Below, piece after piece: positions 25,401-39,900 of a stretch of DNA of 64,000 bases (the stretch's first letter is position 1; the number at the start of each line of letters is the position of its first letter). Below the pieces are notes generated by a model. The model saw nothing but the letters and a program-made list of their open reading frames with translations. It was not told the DNA's origin and made no database searches. The position numbers were made by a program, and so were the translations under genes. Origin of the DNA: Cetorhinus maximus. Lineage: Eukaryota. Location: contig NC_135898.1 in the NCBI RefSeq assembly GCF_964194155.1, positions 3,472,001-3,536,000 on the forward strand, in the 5' to 3' direction.

Positions 25401-28400
25401 TTGAACGATCCTTGGAGCAAGTGACCATCATCCCATTGGTGAAGCGGAGATGCAGGACAGCTTCACAGTGATGGATCAGTGTATTTAACATCTCCCCTGT
25501 ACCAACATCCCACACTCTGCAATGGTCAAATCAAACATACAGCACTCATGTTTAAAAAGAAACATTCAACACTGGGATGAGAGGGAGGAAGGGAAAAGGG
25601 AGGGATGAGTGAGGGGGGGGAAAAAGAGAGAGAGAGATGGAAGAAGAGAGAGAGGGCAAGGGAAAGGCAACATAAGTAAAAATACGCGGTGCAGTAGGTT
25701 AAACACTTGATCTTTCACCTCTGGGAGCCAGACTAATGGATGAATGAACCAGTGTACTGACACTGAATCTCTATCCAGTCCTACAGCTGCACACACTCTC
25801 ATTGTAATCATGATCATAATAGTTAGAAGCAGGACTAGGCCAATCAGCCCCATGAGTCTGCTCTGCCATTCGATAAGATCTTACTATGACCTTAACTCCA
25901 CTTTCTTTCCTGCTCCCAGTAACCCTTAACTCAGCTGTCGATGAATAAATCTGTCTAACAAGGGAGTTAACGAGGCTGACCAGGGAGCGAGTAATTTCCC
26001 TCCCTCTCTATATCCCAGTACAGAGCATCAATATCTACTGCCAAATCTAGCACACACCTGGACGTCGCCAGTCACATACCTTACTGTGGAGTCCGAGGAT
26101 CCAGTAATGATCACTTTGTCATCGTACTGCAGGCACAGCACGGAGCCGGTGTGTCCTGTCAGAACATTCTTACACTCCAGTGTGTTCTTGTCCCAAATCT
26201 GGGTAGAGTAGAACAAATGTCAGAGATCATCATTGGGTTTTAATATAATTAAATCTCTGTTGCCAATCCCACTGAGTGAAACAATCCAACACCAATCATT
26301 GGCTCCTCGCCCTCTCCCCTCCACTGTGTTCCATGTTTCAATATTCTTGCTGTGGAATATAGACCAGAATTGGACCGAATATTGCAGTATAGCTAGACCA
26401 AAGCCATGTGCACACTTGTTAATTAATATTGAACTAAAAGATTACTTGGTGTGACTAAAAGCAGCTCCTGTTCCAGGGGAAATCCAGTACAGTGGAGATT
26501 GGTATAGTACAGGCCAGACATTAAACTAGGCCCCTGACAGCTCTGTAAAGGCCACACTGTTCATATCTCCTTAACAAAAGGAACCTAAAGACCATTTGAT
26601 CGATAAACCCATGACAAACTAGCTGCTGGCTGGATTCAGATTATCAGAAACTGTTCCCCAATTCCATCACCGCTCCACTTACCTTGATAGTGTTGTCACG
26701 TAAACCACTGATAATTTTTTGATCATCATACTGTAAGCAATATACACCTTTACTCGTCTCGCTGTGGCAGTGTATCCGCTGTAAACCGTGATGCCCACAC
26801 CGCCAGTTAGATTCAATGGTCTGAAAAGGAAACGCAAACCATTTTCTGTTTCTCTATTTCTCTCATTTGCCCTGTACCGTCATCCCTTGTTACTTCATCT
26901 CTCCTATACCTCTCTGCCCTATCACAGACCTGTCCCTGGGCTATTTCCTCTTTTCCCACCTTTACCTTGGCTCTGTCTGTGATTCAAAACTGTTTTACCT
27001 CTAATTCCTTCACTTTTGACAAAATGTCATCAACTCAAAACCTTAACCCTATCTCTCTCTCTGCTGATGCTGTCTGACCTGATGTCAGATTTCCAGTATC
27101 GGCAATATTTCGCTCTTGTGACAACTCCTGACTGCTGCTGTCCCCTCTCTCAAGGCTGCAGGTAGCTGTTCAAAACTACTCAACCAGGCCAACTTAAAAA
27201 AAATAGAAGATCCTTTCGTATGGACTTGAAGCATTAACTCTGTTTCTCTCTCTACAGATGCTGCCAGAGCTGCTGAGTTTTTCCAGCATTTGCCATTGTT
27301 ATTTCAGATTTCCAGCATCCGCGGTTTTTTGCTTTTAACAAGATCGTTTCTCTTGTGTAACTTGCACAATTGCCTTTCTGTCGAAATGCTCTTTAATAGG
27401 CAGCTCTGTGAGTAAAGAGGGCAACAGCAGCAGACTGAGATTGTGGTCTGGAGAAAGGACAGATGTTGTTGTGCATACAAGTTGCTGCAAAATGATAATG
27501 CATATAATTGTACGATCCTTGAGCCTATCACAACCCAGCCCTTGGCTCAGTGGGGAGCAAGCTCGCTTCTGAGTCAGAACGCCATGGATTCTAGTTTCAC
27601 TCCAGAGACTTGAACACAATCTTGGCTGACACTCCGAGTGCAGGACTGAGGGAATGCTGCGCCGTCAGAGTTTTGGAGGAGGCATTAAACCGAGACTTCG
27701 GTCTGTGCAACCTAAAAGACTCCAAGACTTTACTTTGAAGAAAGGCAGGGGAATTCCCCCCCCACCACTATGCCCCGGGTATTCATGCCTCAATCACCAT
27801 CAGTAAAACAGGGAGCTTGCTCAGCACAAATTGGCGACATATCCTGCAGTGCAAATGTAACACTTTGTGGATTGTAATTATCAATGCGGTGTTTTGGACA
27901 CCCCAGAGTCTGCAAAGGTGCAACATAAATGCAAACACCTTCTTTCAAGAATGACTTTTTATCTCATTGTGATTAGTGTCATGCTTGAACCTGTCCTCAG
28001 AGCACAAGCTGCAGCCTCTTACCTCTATGTCCTGTATAATTTGGGGATACAGAGATCTGTAGAAGGAATCTGGAGGTAGAATACCATCGGAGGGCTTGTT
28101 TTTCAACAGATATTGGATCCTACAACATAAACAAAGTCCAGGAATATCAGCAGGTTGATATCAAAATCTCTGCAACTTAGAAATTCCAAATGCACCCTAA
28201 TGCAGAGGGGAAGTATTTAGCCCAGCAATTTCATTTCCAATGTGTCTCAGAACAACTTTGTTATAACTGGGATAACTTTACGACTGAAGCATGATAACTG
28301 ATCAATGTCCTCATGAAAAAACAGACACACACACATACACACATGTCAACTTCAATCACTGCTGCCATTGTTCACAAGTAACACATTAAAACAGTTGGAA

Positions 28401-31400
28401 GAGTTGGATGTGGTGGAGGTGAACACATCTCCAATAAGAGATCGCTCTTTAACTTGTGGGAGATTTTTGGTTGCAGATAAATAGATAATACTTTCTTTAG
28501 CCACTTTAAGCAGCAAATTAAAGTTACATAGATAAATCTCTGTCTATTGCTGAACAAAGAGACATGTCAAAGCTCTTCACCTTGCACTCATTAGGACACT
28601 TCGGAAGAACACCAATATAAGAGAAAAAAAAAACAATTTATGCTGTATGTGAAGAGAGTACTGATTGGTTGGCAAGTGAACTCTGATTGGTAGAGGCATC
28701 GCCATAGAGAATGCACCAGTAATGGTAACTGACAGTTAACTGCCAAGTGTTGTTTGAAATTTAAATCAGGCAGCTTTACCCTGATTGGTCAAGGCATTGA
28801 TCTGAGTAATGAGTCAGTGAATGGCTGTCATTGATTTTGTTTAGCTGAAACAGACACAGTGTGTATACACGTTGTTTCGGTCTGCAAAGAACAGGACCCT
28901 GTGTATTAATATATGTAGATTCCAGTACACACAAATGCATCACACTGCAAGCCCAACTGACAATCTTAAGCTGGTTGTCAGCGTAATTCTTAGCACACTG
29001 AGAATTATTTAGCAAATGTTGTCCAATCGTGGAATCACCTCTAATGTTGGACACTGTGTTTTGAGTTTTGCAAGCAGGGGCTGGTTGGGTACAGTCTGTA
29101 CTCTGCCCATTGCGAACAGTGGCTGGGACATGTTGCTTGATACGATCTGCCAGTCTTTGGGACGTACGGCCTACATACCTAGCATCACACTGGCACTGAA
29201 ATTCATATACCACATCACTCATTTGTGTGATAGACAGAATGTCTTTTTGGCTTGACAGCAGCATCCTGTTATTGGTGAATACCACTCATGTTGCTACTGC
29301 ATAGTAGCAGCGTGAAACAGCGAGCTTCACCTGTTGCTCAAATTTTTGAGATACCTTGCCCTACCAGGATGAGCAGAGGTAGACTGGGCACTTTACAGAG
29401 CCAAAAGTGACAGTCATTCGCTGACTCATTCCTCAAAGCAATGGCTTGACCAATCAGGGTCAAGCTGCCTTGTTGAAATTTCAAACAATGTATAGCAGTT
29501 AACTGTCAGTCACCATCACTGGTGCATTTTCCATGGCAACGTCTTTACCAATCAGAGTCCACTTGCCAACCGGTTAGCACTCTCTTGACATACAGTATAA
29601 ATTGTTGTTTTACCCTTATATTGGTATTCTTGCAAAGTGTCCTGATGAGTGCAAGATGAAAAGCTTTGACATGTTCCTAATTTCAGCAATACTCAAGTTC
29701 TGTACTATCAAATCTCTGTTAAGTGGGAGGATTAGCTCCTCTCATCATTTAGGGAGCATTTATTTGAGCAAAGATCAAGAATTATATAAAACTTGAATCT
29801 TCTGTTCTTTACATTTTGCTTCCTTTACCAAATGTTTGTGCAATAGTACTCTGTGTACGTAAAAAGAACTTGGGACAAACCATTAAGTTCCAGACTTTTA
29901 TTTCAAACATCCCTGCTTCAGTAATGGGACTGGAGAAGGAACATGAGAAGGCCATTCAGTCCCTCGAGCTGTTCTGCCAATCAACAGGATCAGAGCTGGT
30001 CTGTCTGTTCACTCCATCTACCTAGAGTAGATTGGTTGATGCAAACAAATGTTGTTTGATATCCAAGTATAAACAAATGAGTGTTAACTATCTGGAATCC
30101 ATCTTAAAATCTGGTCAGAGTCTGGCTAAAATTTGTTACTATTTTGGCAAGTTTAACCTGGCATGAAATATGCTATAGATATCTTCTTGAATATAGTAAA
30201 TTGTTTATACATTTCAGGAATATTACCATAGAAGAGTTGAGCTCATGTTTTGCGTTATGTTGTCAAGACTAATTTCAATTAAGTTGAACTGTCCCAAAAT
30301 GGTTGGGCTTTTTGATTCTGGGTTAAATTTCACCAGGAGATGGGTGGGAGCCAGAAGCAGCAAGTCTCAGCATGTTCTGCGAATGACTTTTCTTGCCTGT
30401 TAAGAGCACAGGTACAGACTGCAAACAATAGGCTCCTGTCCTGAACTCTCTCTCCAGATAGCAAGTATAGGTTAGGAACCTGTGTCAACCAAAGAATCAG
30501 AGCTCGCATGCAATCATCAGTTTTTGACAGGAAATATTGTCAAGAAGCATTTTAAACTGGGAAGATATTTTTGTTCGGGCATGTTTGATTATTTTCTTGT
30601 AAATTGATATTGTTTATTGTGTTACAAACCAAGTCCCATCTTAAGGGTTCATCGAGGTTCAGAACAAAAGATGCAGACAGAAGGATTTTAAACACCATCA
30701 ACAATCGCATTAAGCCCTTTACTCCCGGGAAAAGCAATCATCTCCAACTGCATCAATTTGACATTTATCACCCATTTTCTACTCTAGGATATCCTGTGGC
30801 AATATGTGAAACAGAACCGGAGCTCTCTCCATCTCCTGGTCAACATCTCAAATCAACGTTGCTCAACAGTAACCGGCCGCTCGTCTTGTTACTGCTTGTG
30901 GGATCTTTCTGTGCCTGGAATGGCTGCTACGTCAATAGTTACTTCACTTCAAAGTGGAGTGATTTGTTACAGGCAGCACTTTCAGACATGGACAAGGTAA
31001 GGTATTAAATAAATGAGTATGTCTTGTTTTTTCAGCGCCCCTGTTTGCATAATTATAGACAAACAGTTTTGGCCATGTGTTTGATTCTTGAGCTAAGAGG
31101 GCAGCACTAGACACGGCAGCTTCACAAACCCAATTAGAAAGACGGGGAAAGTTTCAGTTGGTATTTCGTGCAACAAATACTCTGAGCAGTCATGGATCTC
31201 TCGACCCCATTTGACACCTTAAATCACTTGGTTTAAAATTTACCCCACCATTCAAATTATTGATAAACACATGCAGAAAAATCCACCCGCACTGTGAGTC
31301 TAAGAGATGGACTGCCCCACCTTTAAGTTTCACACCCCCACCTTACTGCACTCAATCTTGCTGAGGTACAATGTAACTGTGTGTCTGCTATGAACCTGAT

Positions 31401-32053
31401 CATCATCAAATGATTGTACTGCAGGAACGTTCATAACAGAGCCCATGAAGAGTAATGTGCATTACCAACAGGGCTGACCTCTGTCCAGTGATCCTTGGCT
31501 ACCCAGTCTCGGGCTTGTACCGGAGGTTAGCTAATTCAGCCTAGGTAGGAGAGACTGAACCCATGACCTCCAGGATCCAGACAGCTCAGGATGACAATGG
31601 GCGGTGTCATCGCTCCCTGAACCTGGAATTCGCATCCTTGGAGGCACTGATGCACCATGATCCTTACCATCCTCTCCTTTCCGAGAGTCCCTTCCAGAGG
31701 GAATCCGTGCGCACCATGCGTTCCATCAGTTTCTTCCAGAGCATTCCATCGGAGATCACCCGATACCATTCCTTACATACAAGTTCCGCAGCGCACAGTG
31801 ACCGGGCATCCAGGAACGAGAGGATGTTCTCTGCGATGTGATCCAGACCACGGGCTGCACAAGCAAAAGGAAAAAAAAGAAAGAGAAGTAACGGCCTGGG
31901 CAGCTAAACGAGCTTCTACAAGCGCCTTTCTCAACAACCCCCTACCCCACCCACCCCACCCCACCTCCCAGTCAAAACAGGCAAGGTGGCTGGGCACTGG
32001 TACACTGGACCCCTCAATTTTTGCAATGGTGCCCCTAGCTTGTGACACATGCT

Positions 32054-32086
<33 letters not shown>

Positions 32087-35000
32087 AGTAAATGCTGATG
32101 CAGCTGTACTAGCCTTTGGGCGGAGGGCGTCCCGTGTCCGTAGGAACAGGAGGCCATTCAGCCCCTCCAATGTCTTACATCATTCAGTGGGATTAGAGCT
32201 CATCTATGATCACACTCGATGTACCCACTTATCCCTCATGTCCCTTAATAACTTGGGTTAACAAAAATTTATCAATTTCAGACTTAAAATTTACAATAGA
32301 AGCAAAACACAGAAGCAGGCCATTCAGTCCGTCCTATTGTGTCGGCTCTCCGTAAAAGAGCTCTCGATGAGTTCTGCTCCCCTGCTTTCTCCATTACCCC
32401 TGCCAGTTCTCATCCAACTCCTGCCTAACGTACACATGGAAATTTCATTGGTTGCTTTCTGCCATTTTTCAAAATGCTGTTGCTTGGCCGCTGGGCAATT
32501 CTTTTAACCTCACTGTGTACTGCACCTTTGTTTCATTGCCATTTCCCCCTTTAAACCCACCAACCACGTTATTCTCTCTCTCTCTCTTTTCCCCACTGCC
32601 GGTTTTCATAGTCTTCATTCTTTTGCCAAAACAACACAGGAAATGAGTCAGGCCATTTACTTGAAAATAACCCTTTCCTAATATGGGGATACGAACACAC
32701 TGCTCAAGAACATATTTTGGGAATTCCCAGCCCCCTCCATCTCAATCAATCAATGAACATTTGAAAAAAAAATCTTGTGGAGCAGCAATTTTGTTTATCC
32801 ACTGACCCCAGGAAGAGGCCTCAAGAGACACTTAAGAGGAGAGAATGGGCGCTTGGGGGTTGCTGGTGGATGACGCGGATGCACAGGTACCACTGGAAGC
32901 AGAAAACACATTCACTCACTTCTGCGGAGAGAGTTTCACATGCACCACCCTTCATGTTAATAAGGCTGTGAAAAGGGATATAGATTCATTGGTCTTACAA
33001 GTGGGGCATGTATTAAAAAAGGCAAGAAAGTTAAGCTGAAGTGTCCTATATTACTGGTTAGACTTCAGCTGGAACAGTGTGTCCAATTCTGAGTACCGCA
33101 CTTTAGACAGGGTGTGAAGAGCTCGAACACAGTGCAGAGGAGATTTACTGAACTTCTGTTCCTTGCAGAGATGGAGAAGCTGGGATTGTGATTTGAGGAA
33201 CACAGAAGGCTAGGGAGAGATTTAATCGATCCATCCAAAATTACAAAGAGTTTTGTAAACCAAATAAGGAGAAACAGCTTCCCCAAGGCAACAGGGTTGG
33301 TAATCAGGGAATGTAGGTTTAGGGAAATATGAACAAGAATCGAGTGTGGTGAGGAGGTGGCAGGGCAGGTGAGGGGTGGAAGGCAGATGAGGAGAATTAT
33401 TTCTTTAACGGAACAAGCGAGTTGTTGTGATCTGGAATGAGCTGCCTGAAAGGACAGTGGAAGCAGATTCAATGTTAAGTTTCAAAAGGGAATTGGATGA
33501 ATACCTCAAAAAAAGGAAAAGATTTGCACAGGGACGGGATAAGAGCAGTGAAGCAGATCTAAAAGAGCAGTCTTTCCAAGAGCCAGCACAGGCACCATGA
33601 TTCAATGACTTCCAAGTGACTGCGCTGAACACTACTGTCTCAGTAGTTCCCCCTCCTCTCACTGCATACCTGGTAAGACTGTGATAAAGTCCCTTTGCAG
33701 CATTGGTTTCAGGTAAGAGTTGATGTGGCCGTGCTGATAGTGACACATTCGGGATATCAAGTTCTCGACGAATTCCACCTGATCGGTTTCTGTCCACTGG
33801 TCAAAGTATTTCACACACTGCTCTTTCTGTTTCTCATAACTAGTAGAAGCTGCACGTTGCTTGGCTGATATCATACTCGGCGTCCCATTGCTGAGTTTAG
33901 TCTGCAAAGGAATAAGAATTCTTTTTTAACAGGAGAGAAACAGAGTTGAGATTAGGCGCAGCAATTTTTATTTGCATTTACAAAGGGGGCTTTTATTGTC
34001 GAAATCAACTCCGGGAGGTTACATATAGGCGCAAACGGGAAAATAGATGGAGGAGAGAGGTAGGAAGGGTGGGGAGTGACCAAAAGCTTGGTCAGAGAGG
34101 CTTTTATTCAGGATCTTGGAAGGGGAGGAAGGCTGAAAGACTGAAGAGCAAATGGGGTTCAGAGGACTGAAGGCACTGGTGGAATGGGAGTACAAGAGGG
34201 GGGCCGGGAATGTACAAGTGGCTAGAGTTAGAGGAACAGAGAGCTCGGGCAGAACAGAGCTCCATGAGGTTGCAAAGTGAGGCTGGGCTCTGAGAAAACG
34301 AGCTTCATTCGAAGAGGTTTCGCTAGTGGCCACAGTTGGAGCTATCTCACTATCCTCATGATTTCGATGCGGTTAGGGCAGGGGCAGTTTTATGGGGAGG
34401 GCGACTTTAAGTGAAATGACTTCTAAAGCAGCAAGAAAGATTGCAGGAACGTGATTACCCTTTGACATGAAGTACAATTTAAATTCCCTGATCTTGGGTT
34501 GCATTGGTTTTGCAGATTTCATCCAGATCGTGCTGATAAAACTGCCTCCCCACTTTTAAAAAAATCAATTCCACATTTTCAAATTTTACTGTGTATTCCT
34601 GGTGTTTCAACCAGGTTGCTGGAAGTGGGCAATTATAAGATAAACCACCCGTTGACAATCGCAACTGAAAGTTAAATCGTCACCTGATTAAATGTATTCT
34701 TTTCCAATACAAGTTTCTTAGGGGGTTCAGCCTCATTAAGGTCATCGCGTCCAGATGCGTTCTGGGGAGGACAAAAGAAATCAAACACACAGAAAAGAGA
34801 GAGGATCAGAACTGGGAACTTTGCAAGGTTGATCTATTAAAAAAAACCCAACAGCCAGAGGAGGGAGAACAAAAAGAGGTGAATGAAGCATTGAGGCAGA
34901 GTAGGGCACAAAGAATATATTGACTGAGACGGTTTCTCCAGTGTAAACTCCAATGTTCTTTCAATGCCACATCATGCCAAACACCTTCATTTCAATTTGT

Positions 35001-36863
35001 TTCTCACAAAAAACATTTTTTTTGCACTGTTCAGTTCAGATTTTTTGACCAACCCCCTCCCTGCCCCCGCTACACCCCCCCCAATACCACCCAACCAACA
35101 ACACAACTTTCTCTTAGTGAGCTGTGTTGATACCTGTTCTATCAACTGCACCTCAAGTCACGTTACAGAGAAATAACAAAATCATAGCACATAAGAAACC
35201 CTTTGGCCCACGCAATTCATGTTGATGTCTATCCCCAATTTCCTAACCCGCACTCTTTCCAGATCCCTTTATTCCCCTTTCCTTCAGCATCTAACAAACA
35301 TCTTCTTAAACGTTGCCTTGATCTCTAGCTCCAGGAATTAATTCCACTGACTCATAACCCTCTGTGTAAAAAAAAAAGCAAGTTTTTTAATGCTCTCTGT
35401 TTCTATCTACCCAATTCCCTTTCTTCATTATTTTAAACACCACTATTAAATCATCCCTGCTCTTCTCTGTTGTAATAAAAAGCGGCCATAATTGTTCACC
35501 TCTCTTTGTATTTGCATTTACTCAGACAGGTAGCATTCCACTGATCATGTGCTGTTCCTTCCCCAAAACCTCAACAGGGAAGGGAAGATCATGAACAGCA
35601 GGAGACTATTCAGTGCCACAAGCTTGCTCTGTTCTGCTATTCAATTAGATCATGGTTGATCTGTACATCAACTCAATACGATACCACGTTAAGTTTCCTA
35701 GAATGATCAGTAGAGGATAAGGCTATTTGATCAATGATGTCTGTGCAGCTCTGACAGGGGCTATCCAATAAACCTCCCTTCTCTGCTCTTTGTGCATCAA
35801 CCATCAAATTCCTCCTTGTCTTGAAGTTAATATTCTTACTGAGTTAAATTTCAATTGCTCTGCTCTTCGTGTCCCACTCAGTCAATTTTGCTTACACCAT
35901 CACCCTACAGTGCATTGCCCATCTCCATAAGCTCCTGTGCATAACTGTGCCTGGACCTCAGAGAATTCCACGTACACCAGGAGCACTGCATTCCACCATC
36001 CACTGGATTGACCAATCACCTGCTCAAATCAAGTTACACAGGTCTCCAATTTATGTTGGGTAATGAGCAGTATTTCAGTTAGTTCACAATCCCAGGCCCC
36101 TATTCAAGATGCAGCCCAGGATCAGAAGGACCCAATCTACAATGACTTTCATTTATACAGCACCTGGGACTCAGGAGAAGATCCAAAGGAGCTGCACAAA
36201 TATTTCACAAGCCTATTATGATTGACAGATATATTCCTGATGGTCTAATTAGCACTTACACAGCAAGAAAGAAGAAATGTAAATCTCTAGCTTTCTTAAT
36301 GTTTGGACACCTGAAAGCACTTTATAGCCAATGTTTTTCGTCACTGTTGTAAGAAACGTGGCAGCCAATTTGTGCACAGCAAGATCCCACAAGAGCAATG
36401 TGGTAATGATCAGGTCATCTGTTTTAGTAATGTTGATGAATGGATAAATATTAATCAGGGAAATGGGATAACTCCCCTTGCATCACAAGATCTTTTACAT
36501 CAGAGTTTCTCCTTGTTATTAATGTGTCCACTTGAATCACGAGGAGGTCACTTATTTGGTTAAACCAAAAGTTTCGATACAACTCCAGCTCTGGACAGGG
36601 CAGGCATAAAAAACTGACTGGGAGAGGGGGAGGGGCTGGGGAGGAAAAGTCTCAGGAAATGGATTAAACTTTTTAAAAGATCAAACCACAAACCTCACTA
36701 TTTGAACCCTGGTCCAATTGTGACATTTGGCTAATTCTAGGCTGACAGAGCAAAGTCAAACAGCTCCAAGGAGATTGAAACTCCGCCATTTACCAACAGG
36801 TTTCAGCACGATGAGGGAAAATAAGCTGCACAACAGGGACTGAAATGAGGAAATGAAAATTCA

Positions 36864-36902
<39 letters not shown>

Positions 36903-39900
36903 CATGTAGTTTCTATTGTTCAAATGATAAAATTAAATTTCCATGCTGTAGATTGGCTTTGAAATGCCTGCATAGAACTGAGGATACAAAGAGCTTGCAT
37001 GAGCTCAGGACATTCAAAAGCACTTTACAGCTTTTGTTGAGTTGTCAGTGTTGCAATGCAAAAGAGGTGGCAGATAATATGAGCACAGTAAGCTCCCACA
37101 AACAGCAATGTGACAATACGTATTTTAGTGAGGTTTTGTTATAAATATTGGCCAGGACACCAGGATCTTCTGCATAAAGTGTCATGGGTTTTTTTTTATA
37201 TCCAACTGACAGAGCAGACAGGGCCTTGATTTAACTTCTCACCCAAACAATGGCAGTTTGACACAGCCCTGGTTAGACCACATCTGGAGCAATGTGAGTA
37301 GTTCTGAAGGGTATATTAGCTTTGCAGGTAGTGCAGTGTAGACTTACCAGGATGATACCTGGACCCCAAGCATTACGTTACACGGGCTAGGGTTATATTC
37401 TCTTAAGAAGGTTAACATAAGGAATGATATGATTAAAGGTTTCAAGGTATTTCATTAGAACAGATGTTGTAGATAGGGAGAAATGATTTCCACTGGTTGG
37501 GGAGTCTAGGATTAAATTATTGAATCAATCATTAATTTTAAAAAAATAGGCTAGAAGAAGTTTCAAACTCTCTTCCACAAACTTTAAATTGGAGCTGGAT
37601 AAATTTTTTATTTTACAGGGATATGAAGAGCAAAGGCAGGAATATGGAATTAGGTTACAGATCTGCCCTGATCTCACTGAATGCCAGAATAGGCTCGAGG
37701 GCTCGAACCTGTTGACCTGTTGTTCTACGAATTTGGACCTGAACGCATAACCTTCAAAATCAAGAGTGCTAGCCAGTGAGTCACAGCTCATGCCTGATGA
37801 ACTAAGTTAATATCACAAAAGAGACAAACCAGTTTACGGTGTGAAAAGGGAGTAGGAAGTGACCTCTTGTTTAACAGTATTGGTCACCTTATTTAAGGAA
37901 GGATGTCAATGGATTGGAAGCAGTTCAGAGAAGCTTTACCAGACTAATGCCGGGAATGGGTGGGTTGTCTTTTAAGGAAAGGTTGGACAGGCTGGGCTTG
38001 TATCCTCTGTTCAGAAGAGCAAAAGGCGACTTGATTGAAACATATAAGATCCTGAGGGGACTTGACAGGGTGGATGTGGAGAGGATGTTTCCTCTTGTGG
38101 GAGAATCTAGAACTAGGGGTCACTGTTTAAAAATAAGGGGCCGCCCATTTAAAGTGGAGATCAGGCGAATTTTTTTCTCTCAGAGGGTCGTGAGTCTTTG
38201 GAACTCTCTTCCTGAAAAGGCGGTGGAAGCAGAGTCTTTGAATATTTTTAAGGCAGAGGTGGATAGATTCTTGGGAAGCAAGGGGGTGATAGGTTATTGG
38301 GGGGGTAGGTGAGATGCAGACTTGAGGTTACTAGCAGATCAGCCACGATCTTATTGAATGGTAGACAGGTTCGAGGGGCCAAATGGCCTACTCCTGTTCC
38401 TTGTTCGTGTGTTGGTATGTTAAACCGCCATTTTTTGAGTGTTTTACATCCACTGTACTGGCCACAGAGGGTGATTACAAAAAGGTAAAAGAAACTGATA
38501 TATGACAGTGTGGTGAAAGATGAAGGCCCAAAGTAGTTGTATATTTCTCAGAACTAAAGACTTGTTCAGAGAGCAGTGGATGGAAACCAGAGTCAATCAA
38601 GGGACAGTTGGCCAATGATGGGGGTGCCATAGGTTTATTATGCAAGGATGCGCTAGATCGGTCAACTGGCCTCCTCACTGCACTGATCGAACAAAAAAAT
38701 ATTTTGAGGTTAATTTACCATTTGTACAAAACACTGAAATTAAGTTGAGAATATTCAATGCAAAACTGCTTCAGATGATTTCCATGACAAAAGGATATCA
38801 GGTTATTAATTGTAAGAAAATTTTCACTCCCCCGCCCCCTTCAAAAGAATGTACATTTAAAAATAACCGACTCTTTTTACAAACCTACTACAGATGATAT
38901 GTCCAACACACCAGGAATCACATGCTAGGCGTAAAACTATCCAAAAATCCATTTGTAACCTCTTGCCTAAAACCAAGCAGAATGATCCAAACCGTAAACC
39001 CAGTCAAAGTAATTGGGTTCTAAATGGTCAAAGGCAGTTTGGACTTGAACTTATCAATGCCTGCATCAGTTTTTTCCCTTGTCAGTGGGATGTGTTTGAC
39101 CTTCCAGTTTTGGATTTGTGAAGCTGTAGTACCAGTGTACAATTTGCTCCGAGTGCCACTCAGGCAGAGGGAGGTTAGGAGCCAACACTACAATATCGTC
39201 ACATGCTCGGAGCTGGCTCGAAGCATCACCTCATACAGCAAACATATACCCAAAGGGACCAGCTTTGATCTGTGCTGAGCTAACTGATCTCAAATTGGGA
39301 GGTGGGGGGGCGGGGGGGCGCGGAGAGAAGGATAAGGAAGGGATGCTGCGGATCGGCTCAGAATCCTGGATCCACAAGGGCATGAGGATCAGCCTGGGCC
39401 CCAACTCCAATCTTGTTCCATTGACCCTCGTGCCTGTGAAATCAAAGCCCAGTGAACTGTCACTGCTTTCAAGAAAGGATTCAACAGGAAACATTTCTAT
39501 ACCAAAAAGGATGAAGAAGAAAACGTGAACTTCTAGCGGGTAGAACGGTTACATCTTCAGTCATCAGATTTATGCACCCATGCAAATACCTAGCTGATAA
39601 TCTCCGCTGAAACTTCCTGTGCAAGACCTAGGGAGAGCTCTGTTGTCAAAGGGGCAGTACTTGGAGTGAGATGCCAATCTGATGCCTATTTAGGAAGATG
39701 TCAAAGACTCCACTGCCGCATTTGCAGGGGAGTGGATTTCTCCCCTTGCCCTGGTCCAATATTCATCCATCATCAATGTCACCACAATATATATCAATGG
39801 GGTATTGTGGGATCTTGCTGTGCCTGAGCCTACTACTTCATTTCCCTGAATTATTACTGTGGCCACACTTGCAAGAAAGTTATTCATTGTGGATCAATGT

